Assembly (NCBI GenBank): GCA_964016885.1
Contig: OZ024755.1
Location: 34,782,001 to 34,846,000 of the forward strand
Direction of reading: 5' to 3'
Length of the DNA: 64,000 nt
Source of the DNA: Eledone cirrhosa
Lineage: Eukaryota
Under the pieces are notes generated by a model. The model saw nothing but the letters and a program-made list of their open reading frames with translations, was not told the DNA's origin and did not search any database. Positions 42,494 to 54,064 of this stretch are shown piece by piece. Numbering within the stretch: the first letter of the stretch is position 1; each line of letters starts with the position of its first letter. The position numbers and the translations under genes were made by a program.

Positions 42494-42622
42494 CTGGTTA
42501 GAATGAGTCACTATGAGGGTTCATTGATCCAGGAAGTTGTGGTAAAGATTGGAAATGATCTGGACCACAACATCTGTTTTACCAGTCCCTGGAGGACCAA
42601 CCACCATTGTTAAACCTGGTTG
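42494..42622 (-). pseudogene. AQR: Isolated degenerate exon copy of RNA helicase Aquarius (Walker A region)
   Basis: Translates [42 protein letters not shown] then |gttagt. Vertebrate AQR, recalled from memory, reads [43 protein letters not shown]. In-frame TGA at 42521-42523. Confidence 0.85.
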
Positions 42623-43347
42623 AAACTTTGTTGTCAGTAGCTCAATTCAAATAAAATGTTTCGAACACCAGACAGAGGCTGGAAAAATAATTACTGGATA
42701 AATCCAGATATTTACAAATTTTATACCATTCGGCAACCGAAGCTAAATTTCCCCTGAGTAGGTCAAATATCACCAGCAAGAATCTCCCTTTAATTACTAC
42801 TTCAATGCAAATAAGCTAAATTTCTACAGCCTCAATGTAAACCAAATTACACACCTTTTTATATTTACTACTTCAAAGCAAATATACTAAGTTTTCTTCG
42901 CTTGCAATGTTAATAGAATTAATTTCTTAGCCAGACACTTTTCAATTGCAAACTTAAATTAACCCCCAACATTTCGTAGAATCTCACTTTACATTAAATT
43001 TCTACTACCTCAATGTAAATAAAATGTGTAAGTGTATATATATATATATATATATAGTGTGGGTGGCTCAGTGAATTACTGGTGTTGGTACCAAATTAAG
43101 CACTCTATGCACAGGCAGAGTCTGGTCCATAACTCCTGACCTTGAGCCAGTCCTCTTTAAAACACGGTCGATACACAATAAATATCTTTTACATGTAAAC
43201 GAAACTTCCTCATTTTTTTCTAATATATATATATATATATATATTTCTTTTTGACCACTGTATCACGTGTTAATTTCTCCCTCCGTCTCTAGAGATTTTC
43301 TCACTTGCTACAAACATGTCAAGGAAACAGATATTTTTTCCTAAGCG

Positions 43348-43436
43348 GTCTCTTGATAAGCCGATTAGCCTTATAGCCATGACATTTTTTATAATGCAGA
43401 TAGTTGCACACGGATCGGCGAAACAGCAGTCGGGAC
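43348..43436 (+). ncRNA. Variant hammerhead-like motif
   Basis: gtctc-TTGATAA-gccgat..atcggc-GAAAC agca GTC-gggac. Stems I and II pair, but the core deviates from CUGANGA. Confidence 0.45.
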
Positions 43437-43719
43437 TTTGAAGAAAAAAATAAGTATATTTTTGTCTAGTTTTCCTTGCTTGCAGGAGTTGGACAGATAC
43501 TTTTAGCACGGCATCTCTCCACATGCCACATTCCTTTGTTATCTCCTCTATGAGTCTCAGCAACTATGTTTGATTAATAACTGTATAGTTTCAGTGGATT
43601 TGTTATTAGTGTGTGTTTGTGTAGACCTCAGAATTTCAAGTTAAAATGTAGATTTTGAGCTATACTCACTGTATAAAGTATTCTCTTTCTTTCTCACTCT
43701 CTCTCTCTTTTCTTTGCCC

Positions 43720-44610
43720 ACTTATTCCTGATAGGGCCCTAAGGGCAGAGTCCTCAAACATTCATTCCAACATGTCCTACCAAGAGCAACCATCTCCAAT
43801 TGATCTGACTGGATCCCAAAGTCATGGATGTTATCCAACCATCTTGCTCAGGGTCTTCCTCTGGGTTTCCTGCCAGTTAGTTTTGTTCATTAAATTTGTT
43901 TAGCGATTCTTTCCTGAGACATTTTAACCACATGCCTGTAATATCACAGCTGTCATCTCTCAATTCAGAGAAGTAGTGGCTCTACCTGGAGCGACTCTCT
44001 GACCTTCAAGCAATGCACTCTATTGAGCAATGTTACCCCAAAGACCCTTCAGAAGAACCCCATTTCAGCTGCAGTGATTACCCAAGATTCATGACCATAG
44101 GTAAGGGTTGGCACTAATACCAAATTGAATGTTGCAAGTTTGGCTTTTACACCTCCTTCTGAATACCGAATGCTGATGCTGGTGCATTACTGCACCATTT
44201 CCTGCAATTCCTGCACTTAATTCAGCCTCTTGCTTTCCATCACTTGTGAATATGACCCTGAGATACTTGAAGTTCTCCACTCACATGTAGAGTGCACTGC
44301 ACAGGCTTCCTTGAGCTGTTCCACTAGAGAATGGGTTGCAGGTGGCAGACAGTGATATGGCCACCAGATATGGTTAGTTGAGATATAAGTGGGCACCTGC
44401 TGGATGAATAAGCAACCCTAGACCAACAGTGGTAAATTACTAGGGGAGATAGAAAGGGTTTACATCAACGATGCTTTTACTATCAATTACTCCTGTGCAT
44501 TGATTACATATGAAGTCTTCCTTTCTCGTTAGTCTGCCTGCTGTTCCACTACACCTCTTGTGTACCCAAGATTTGTATTGTGTGCTCCATAGAGAATTTT
44601 TGCTTACAAA
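43720..44610 (-). pseudogene. Degenerate RTE LINE fragments
   Basis: VENFKYLRVIFTSDGK..., SLQVEPLLLRIER and WVHKRCSG...FICNQC peptides. Confidence 0.7.
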
Positions 44611-44755
44611 GTCAGAAAACAGCACAGCACAAAAGAGTGAACTGGTGTAATGTGAAATAAAGTGTCTTGCTAAAGGACACAATACATCTCCTGGTTTGGG
44701 AATTGAACACATAACTTCATGATTGTATGCCCAGCACTCTAGCCACTAACCTTCA

Positions 44756-44850
<95 letters not shown>

Positions 44851-44887
44851 CATATACACACACACATATATATATAAACAGTGATGA

Positions 44888-44930
<43 letters not shown>

Positions 44931-45844
44931 TATATATATACACACACATATATATATACACACACATATATATATACACACACATATATATATATATAAA
45001 CGATGATGATGATGATATATATACATACACATATATATACATAAACGATGATATATATATATATAATAGATAAACATTTTCATATTTATAAACACTAAAT
45101 CTATCATCTTTATCATATTTGAAAGATTAAAAAAAACAACTAAAACCTTACATCTTTCTTTTTTATCCTATTTCAGACATGTTTATTATTTATCATTGTT
45201 TTTTTCCTTTGCTTGTTTTTCATTTCACTTCATCATATTTGTTAACTTTCCTAATATCTTTCATTCTACTCAAACATTACTTTATTTCTTTAATACTATA
45301 GCTTTATGAGATATATTTATCTGTTGATCAGAAACATTTGAACATGCAGGTAGAAGAATTACTTGAGAGAACTTTTCAAATAACTTATATTTCTTGCTTG
45401 ATTTTTCCTTTATCTCAAATACTAATTCAACATTTCTAGAAATATAATTTAATATATAAAATAATATATAATAAACATTACATAATATAATATAATATTA
45501 TATTATATTATATTATATAATGTAGTACAATGTAATATTATATTATACAGCATAATATATAATATAATGTAATGTAATATATAAAATATGATATTGTAAA
45601 TATAATATATTGTAATATAGCATATAATATAATAGTTTCTACTTTAGGCACAAGGCCAGCAATTATTCCAGTGGTACAGTGTATTACTGGTACTTTATTT
45701 TATCGACCCCCGTAAGGATGAAAGGTAAAGTTAACCTCGGCGGGATTTGAACTCAGATCATAAAGGGCCATAACTCTTTGCTGCAAAGCATGGTGTCTGA
45801 CCCACTACCGATACTGCCATTCCACCACCCTATAATATAACATA

Positions 45845-47169
45845 CTAGCAGTGGTACCCAGCGTTGCACGGGATAAGGTATTTTGGAACACGGGCTGCCA
45901 ACAGACCTAATCGTGGAAAAACTGCATGCGTGGACAATATGTAAAGAAAATAAACTGAATACTCTGATGGATGGATAATCTTTAAGACTTTCCTCGATGA
46001 AGCAGGAAAAATGCAGGTTTTCACCTAATGGGGATCAAGAAAATGAATTTTTTTTATATGTATAATATGGCTTGAAATTTCGGGAAAATCAGCTAGACGT
46101 AACACCTCAAAAAAGCCCGAAAAAGCTGAAAAGATGAAGTTTTTCACCTAATGCGGGCCCTCGACCATAAAAAAGTTGGATTTTCTTTGCTCATGGTATG
46201 AAGAAGAGACTGACTAATACATAGTTACAATTTCAAGGAAATAAGTCAAACGTAATGACTCAAAAAACCCCTAAAAACCTGAAAAAATTCAGTTTTTCAA
46301 CTAATGATCCTAGGGGATCAAAAATTTGAATTTTTTGAGGTGCATAACACTCCCCGAAACATAAGTAATACACATGTAAAGTTTGAAAAAAGTAGGTTAG
46401 GTACTTCTCGAGTTTTAGGGATTCAAACTCACAGACACACACACACAGACAGACATCCTCAGGGAGGTGACGTAATGCAGACAGTCAGACATACAAACAG
46501 ATATTATAAGGGCACAACGTTATATGTATGTATCTATCTAAACAGAGAAAGACTATGAATTATAGAGAGAGATCGCTAAATCGCCTAATGTGGTCCCTAG
46601 GGCATTGAAAATTTGAAATTTCGTTTGCTCAGAGCACTCCCTGAAACATAAGTATTATATGTGTAAAGTTTGAAAACAGTCGGTTGAGTGGTTTTCGAGT
46701 TTTAGGGATTCAAACTCACACACACACAGACAGACATCCTCAATTTTATATATATAGACTAGCAGGAAACCACACGGGGGGCGGTTTTCTGCTAGTCTAT
46801 ATATCTAAAACAGAGAATGTCTGTCTGTCTGTCAGCTCACTAAAACTTGAGAACCATCCAACCGATGGTTTTCAAACTTTAGACATGTAATACTTATGGT
46901 CCTGTGAGTGTTTTGAGCAAAAATTATTTCAAATTTTCTATGCCCTAGGGACCGCATTAGGCGATTTAGCGTTCTCTCTATATAATTCTTAGTCTTTCTT
47001 TTTAGATAGATACATAGATATAACGTTGCGCCCTTATAATATCTGTCTGTATGTCTGGCTGTCTGCATTACGTCATTATGACGCGCTCAGCGCCATTCCC
47101 TCGGCCTCAGTGACCAAAGTCAGTGGAGAGGGGAGGGTAATGTTTCTGTAGCACGTGTTTTAGCATCTA

Positions 47170-47204
<35 letters not shown>

Positions 47205-47316
47205 CCGCTATCCCCCTCTCGTAGTCTGTCTCTTTCTTTCACTCTCACTCTCTACGCACGTGTTTCCACTGTTGGACAGACAGACAGAGAAATTGCTGGT
47301 TATATATATAAGTAGA
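45845..47316 (-). mobile_element. Composite non-autonomous Helitron with an internal inverted fusion
   Basis: Minus strand A|TCtacttatatata ... cccgtgcaacgctggg hairpin ... CTAG|T, no TSD. Internal inverted arms ~46467-46771 and 46783-47075. Confidence 0.75.
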
Positions 47317-48219
47317 TAGCATAATATATAATATAATTGTTTCTTTCGGCACAAGGCCAGCAATTACCCAGTGCATCACTGGTACTTTATTTTATCGACC
47401 CCGTAAGGATGAAATGCAAAGTTAACCTCGGCGGGATTTGAACTCAGACCGTAAAGGGACGTAACTATGCTGGAAAGCATGGCGTCCGACCCTCTACTGA
47501 TACTGCCAATCCACCGCCCTATAAGTACAATATAATTGTTTCTACTTTAGGCACAAGGCCAGCAATTATCCAGTGCATTACTGGTACTTTATTTTATCGA
47601 CCCCGTAAGGATGAAAGGCAAAGTCAACCTCAGCGGGATTTGAACTCAGATCGTAAAGGGACGTAACTATGCTAGAAAGCATGGCGTCCGACCCTCTACC
47701 GATACTGCCAATCCAATATAAATATAATATAATATAATATAAATATAATATAATATAATATAATATAATATAATATAATACAGTATAATATAATATAATA
47801 CAATATGATATAATATACTATAATAAACCAAAATTTTCACTTTTCATTTCATTTCACTTTTCCCCTGCAGCAGATAAATGGAATATCAGGAATCACAAAA
47901 ACATTGCCAATACTTTTGCTCGTAAATGACAATTAAATTCTCATCTGTTTTCTGTCATCTTCTAGGATATAATTTACCATTTAAGCATTTCTAATCAGAG
48001 TGAATGTTAGAAATATCTGCAAGCTGCTTTAAACATATTTCTCATGAATGAATTGTATGAAGTCAAATCATAAATCGTTGGAAGACACAAAATAAGAGGT
48101 TTCACCAATCGGACTCTCTCTTTAGGCAACATTATTAGATTGAAAACGAATAAATCACGTTCTGAGACACTGTAAAAATAACTAAAACTACAACAGTACA
48201 GACGTATTATCATCATTAC

Positions 48220-49960
48220 GACCACTACAACTACCATAACCACCACCACTGCTACAACCACCACCACTGCCATAACCACCACCACTGTTACAAACACCAC
48301 AACCACCACCACTGCTACAACCACCACAACCACCACCACTGCTACAACCACCTCCATTGTTACAAACACCACCACTACCATAACCACCACCACTATTACA
48401 AACACCACAACCACCACCACTGCTACAACCACCTCCATTGTTACAAACACCACCACTACCATAACCACCACCACTATTACAAACACCACAACCACCACCA
48501 CTGCTACAACAAACACCACAACCACCACCACTACCATAACCACCACCACTGTTACAAACACCACAACCACCACCACTACCATAACCACCACCACTGTTAC
48601 AAACACCACAACCACCACCACTACCATAACCACCACCACTGTTACAAACACCACCACTACCATAACTACCACCACTGTTACAGCCAACACAACCACCACC
48701 ACCACTGCTACAACCACCACCACTACCATAACCACCACCACTGTTACAAACACCACAACCACCACCACTGCTACAACCAACACCATTGTTACAAACACCA
48801 CCACTACCATAACCACCACCACTATTACAAACACCACAACCACCACCACTGCTACAACCAACACCATTGTTACAAACACCACCACTACCATAACCACCAC
48901 CACTATTACAAACACCACAACCACCACCACTGCTACAACCACCTCCATTGTTACAAACACCACCACTACCATAACCACCACCACTATTACAAACACCACA
49001 ACCACCACCACTGCTACAACAAACGCCACAACCACCACCACTACCATAACCACCACCACTGTTACAAACACCACAACCACCACCACTACCATAACCACCA
49101 TCACTGTTACAAACACCACCACTACCATAACTACCACCACTGTTACAGCCAACACAACCACCACCACCACTGCTACAACCACTACCACTGCAACAAACAC
49201 CACGACCACCACCACTGCTACAACCACTACCACTGAAACAAACACCACAACCACCACCACTGCTACAACCACCACCACTGAAACAAACACCACAACCACC
49301 ACTACTGCAACAAACACCACAACCACCACCACTGCTACAACCACTACCACTGAAACAAACACCACAACCACCACCACTGCACACAACCACCACCACCACG
49401 ACCACTACAACCATCACAACCACCACAACCATCATAATCATCTTATTCAACATCAACATCCTCACCATCACTACCACCACCATCAATACCACCACTACCA
49501 CCACAACCACTATTACAAATGCCACCACCATTACTACAACCGCAACAACCACCACCACTACTACTACAACCACCAACAACACCACCACCACCACCACCAC
49601 CAACACCACCACCACCACAACAACCACCACCACCACTACTACAACCACCACCACCACCACCACAACCACCAACAACACCACCACCACCACCAACAACACC
49701 ACCACCACTACAACTACAACCACCACCACCACCACCACTACTACTACAACCACCACCAACAACACCACCACCAACACCACCACTACAACCACCACCACCA
49801 CCACCACTACAACCACCACCACCACTACTACAACCACCACCACCACTACTACAACCACCACCACCACTACTACAACTACCACCAACAACACTACCACCAA
49901 CAACACCACCACTACAACTACAACCACCACCACCACTACAACCACCACCACCACCACCAC
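48220..49960. repeat. Complex (CCA/ACA/CTA)-based minisatellite and microsatellite
   Basis: Directly visible. The long poly-Val, Gly-Cys and Pro ORFs here are repeat read-through. Confidence 0.95.
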
Positions 49961-50763
49961 AATGGACATTAAACGACGATGATGATGATGATGATGACTC
50001 CATCCCACTGTCAAACCCAGCCGGTCGCTCTCCGACAGGCTCGCAGTCGTGCCGTTGGCAGAGGAGACTTCTGATGTCCTTGGCCCTAGGGCTACCTCCC
50101 TACTCACCACCATTGGCGCTGAGATGGCCAGCCAGCCGCAGGTGTGAGCCTCGCGAGTTGGAAGCTGGCAGCAGAATATCAACTGGTGATATTATCTACT
50201 AAATTAACCCTTTAGCATTTACATTATTCTATATATTTTTCCTAACAATTGACTTTCGTCAAATCGGACCGAGGAAACAGTGTTTCCATTGGTCTTTCCA
50301 ATTGCTAATACTATCTATCGGTCGCAACTCCAGGTAGAAGGAGCAACGTGAAATAAAGTGTCTTGCTCAAGGACATAACGCATCGCCCGGTCCAGGAATC
50401 GAACTCACAACCTCACGATTGCGAATCCAGTTCTCTAACAACTCGGCCACATGCCTTCATTTTCTATATATACTATTTTATTTTCATGGTAAATGCTTTA
50501 CCTCGCATAATTATCTCACATAACATCGAATCTATGATATTTTGAAACTATTTATTTTGGGAAAAATACCTTAACATCAGTATGAGTGGCCAATAACAGT
50601 CAATTTCAACAGAAAGAGGTAGAGAATTCTGGTCGGTTTTGGCCGGTTTGAACACTAAAGGGTTAACCAACAATGACTACATTCATAGACACATAACTAA
50701 CATATATACACACCTAAAAAGAGACAATATACATACATATATATACATATATACATATGTATG

Positions 50764-50809
<46 letters not shown>

Positions 50810-51282
50810 CATAAATATATATACATATATAAAATATATATATATAGTTTGTATCTATGTATACTTACGCATGTATATGTATATATAAAAATATATATAT
50901 TTATATATATAAATATATATATATATTTACACACACACACATAAATATATATATATTTACACATACACATACATATATATATAATTATATAAAAACAAAT
51001 AACGAAACGAAATTAAATTTCGTTTCGTTTGTAACTCACTTTTGTATGACTGACGCTTAAACAATTAAGTTAAAAATGTACATCCACATATGTATACTGA
51101 AATACTAGTATGCATATGAATTCACACACGTGTACATATGTAGATGTACCGAGTTTTTCACTGGACACTTTACTGTGAGTGTTCAGCTATTCTGTATGTA
51201 AACACACAGACAAACCGGTTTTTAGAGTCATACTGGTTTTCGAGGAAACACCTTTCCTCTATTCTCCAGAAAGCCAGACAGG

Positions 51283-51327
51283 AATATTGGACTAGTTTCG
51301 ATGTTGTTACATCTCATCAGCAATATT
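51283..51327 (-). ncRNA. Canonical type-I hammerhead ribozyme motif
   Basis: Reverse complement of 51892-51936. Confidence 0.9.
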
Positions 51328-51891
51328 TACCTATCCTCCGGCCTTTCTAGAGAATCGTAAAAGCACATGTCGTTATATGCTTTTTCTATGAAAATTAGTA
51401 GTGGGCAGACTAATTTGCATAGAGCGTGAGTACGTACCGGTTCAGCGGAGACAATAAAAACAAATAACGAAATGAAATTAAATTTCGGAGAATAGAGGAA
51501 AGGTGTTTCCTCGAAAACCAGTATGACTCTAAAAACCGGTTTGTCTGTGTGTTTACATACAGAATAGCTGAACACTCACAGTAAAGTGTCCAGTGAAAAA
51601 CTCGGTACATCTACATATGTACACGTGTGTGTATTCATATGCATACTAGTATTTCAGTATACATATGTGGATGTACATTTTTAACTTAATTGTTTAAGCG
51701 TCAGTCATACAAAAGTGAGTTACAAACGAAACGAAATTTAATTTCGTTTCGTTATTTGTTTTTATCGTCTCCGCTGAACCGGTACGTACTCACGCTCTAT
51801 GCAAATTAGTCTGCCCACTACTAATTTTCATAGAAAAAGCATATAACGATATGTGCTTTTACGATTCTCTAGAAAGGCCGGAGGATAGGTA

Positions 51892-51936
51892 AATATTGCT
51901 GATGAGATGTAACAACATCGAAACTAGTCCAATATT
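51892..51936 (+). ncRNA. Canonical type-I hammerhead ribozyme motif
   Basis: aatattg-CTGATGA-gatgt aaca acatc-GAAAC TA GTC-caatatt. Perfect 7-bp stem I, 5-bp stem II and palindromic stem III. GUC site; predicted cleavage after 51929. Confidence 0.92.
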
Positions 51937-52370
51937 CCTGTCTGGCTTTCTGGAGAATAGAGGAAAGGTGTTTCCTCAAAAACCAGTATGACTCTAAAAA
52001 CCGGTTTGTCTGTGTGTTTACATACAGAATAGCTGAACACTCACAGTAAAGTGTCCAGTGAAAAACTCGGTACATCTACATATGTACACGTGTGTGTATT
52101 CATATGCATACTAGTATTTCAGTATACATATGTGGATGTACATTTTTAACTTAATTGTATAATTATATATATATATATAAATATATATATATTTATATAT
52201 ATAAATATATGGGATAACAAATTATCGTTATAGGTAATCCAGTTAGAGGTTAATAGTACTCTGTATTGTGGATAGTTTTAGCGTACAGCGTTGTTTGACT
52301 CAACAAGAGGTTTCCTTAGGTAGGTTGTAAGTTCTCGGGAATTCCTATGCCGGTTAATCTTGGAGTAATA

Positions 52371-52794
52371 ATAGTGAAAGAGTGAAGAATAACATGGTCA
52401 ACAGTACAAAAAGGGTTTTATTTACAGTATTAACAATTGTTTCATTGATTAGGGTGTCTAAAAATTGCTAATCACTTGAAGTTGTGTCACTCAATTTTAA
52501 ATACAATGTATGCCTAATCAAATCATCAGAATAACTGATTAAAACTGCTTAAAATTATACACGGCGTTTGTAATATACTAGGAAAATTCAAATCCTAGTA
52601 TATTACAAATGCTGTGTATAATTTTAATCAGTTTTTCTGATGATATGATTAAGCATACATTGTATTTAAAATTGAGTGACACAACTTCAAGTGATTAGCA
52701 ATTTTTAGACACCCTAATCAATGAAACAATTGTTAATACTGTAAATAAAACCCTTTTTGTACTGTTGACCATGTTATTCTTCACTCTTTCACTA
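52371..52794. mobile_element. ~210-bp-arm palindrome, each arm with a long-stem-II hammerhead (Penelope-like ends, head-to-head)
   Basis: Plus arm: CTGATGA (52637) ...tgatta/taatca... GAAACAATTGTT (52723), aatactg, then AATAAA. Mirror copy has its core at 52523-52529 (-). Confidence 0.8.
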
Positions 52795-52923
52795 TATATA
52801 AATACACATTAACACCATTGTGTATGTATCTGTGTGTGTGTATATATATGTGTGTGAATATATATATGTGTGTGTGTCTGAATATATATATATATATACA
52901 TATATACGTGTGTGTGTGTGTAA

Positions 52924-53011
<88 letters not shown>

Positions 53012-53013
<2 letters not shown>

Positions 53014-53345
53014 CATCATCATCATTTTACGTCCGCTTTTCCCTGCTTGCAAGGGTGGGATGGGAACTGATTCTGGCTTGATTTCTACAGTTGGTTGCCC
53101 TTCCAAACACCAACCTCATTTACAGTGAGTGCTGGGTGCTTTTTTTCCGTGGCACCTCTACGACCACTTTTCAATGGAATGATAGGGACCCCAGTCCCTA
53201 TCACTTCATTTCTACAGCTGAGTAAACTGGAGCAATGTGAAGAAAAGTGTCTTGCTCAAGGAAACAACACATCACCCGGTCCGAGAATTGAACTCACAAC
53301 CTTTCGATTGCAAGGCCAATGCTCTAACCACTAAGCCATGTGCCT

Positions 53346-53349
<4 letters not shown>
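53012..53349 (-). mobile_element. Full-length SINE family A
   Basis: As 17791-18133, inverted. Confidence 0.9.
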
Positions 53350-53394
<45 letters not shown>

Positions 53395-54064
53395 CACACA
53401 CACACATAAATACATATATATTTACACACACACACATATATATATATATATTTACACACACACGTGTATATATATATTCACACACACACACACATATATA
53501 TATATATTCACACACAGAGAGATACATACACAATGGTGTGAATGTGTAAGTGTTGGAAAGTGACATTTTAAAAATCTAATATATATATTTTTTTTAATGT
53601 AAAATTTCCTTCAAGCATTTCTTTAAGTTTTTCTTTCCGTTATTAAGTTTATTAGCAGAGTCTAGACAGCAGTAAATATTGTTAATATTGAGAGACACTC
53701 GGATGACAGCATTGACAACAACAATAAACAACTAACAACTTTAACAATATGGGAAAGCCACTTAAAATGAAGTACAAACTTACATTTGAAAACACACAAG
53801 AACAAATACACTCACAAATATACAAATATATACACAAACTGGCACATGTATAAATATACAAACAACACACAGTCATGCATACAAACATATATAAGCATAA
53901 ACAGATATATATACAGGTATAACATAGACAAACACAAATACATACACACATATACTGGAAGGCTTTTAGATAAATATGAACTGTTTAAGACAGACAGTTT
54001 CATATCAGAGCCACGAGTGGTTTCAGGCAGTTTATTACTAAATGGGTTAATCTGAGACCAGCTA

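Larger units (their letters stand above)
50991..52159. mobile_element. 465-bp hammerhead-bearing repeat: ~1.06 monomers (-) fused head-to-head with ~1.45 tandem monomers (+); retrozyme-like
   Basis: Junction at ~51487. ggagaatagagg recurs at 51487 and 51952. Copies are near-identical and the flanks are (TA)n. Confidence 0.9.

Noticed and set aside
42521-42523. AQR stop codon possibly rescued by A-to-I editing
   Set aside because: Editing UGA would give Trp, not the conserved Arg. Other substitutions and the missing neighbouring exons favour a pseudo-exon.
48007-48170. Strong minus-strand acceptor followed by 55 open codons (VSERDLFVF...)
   Set aside because: No good donor before the stop and no recognisable homology; not supportable as an exon without RNA data.
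48007-50202. 459-664 aa poly-Val, Gly/Cys-rich and Pro-rich ORFs resembling structural proteins or mucins
   Set aside because: Several frames on both strands are open over a CCA-based repeat. There is no signal peptide or convincing exon boundary. The same applies to 19874-20593 and 62230-62763.
51044-51090. Possible opposite-polarity hammerhead in the 465-bp monomer (CTGACG-hairpin-TAAAA-ATGTACAT)
   Set aside because: Lacks the conserved A after CUGANG and the GAAA, and stem I is poor.
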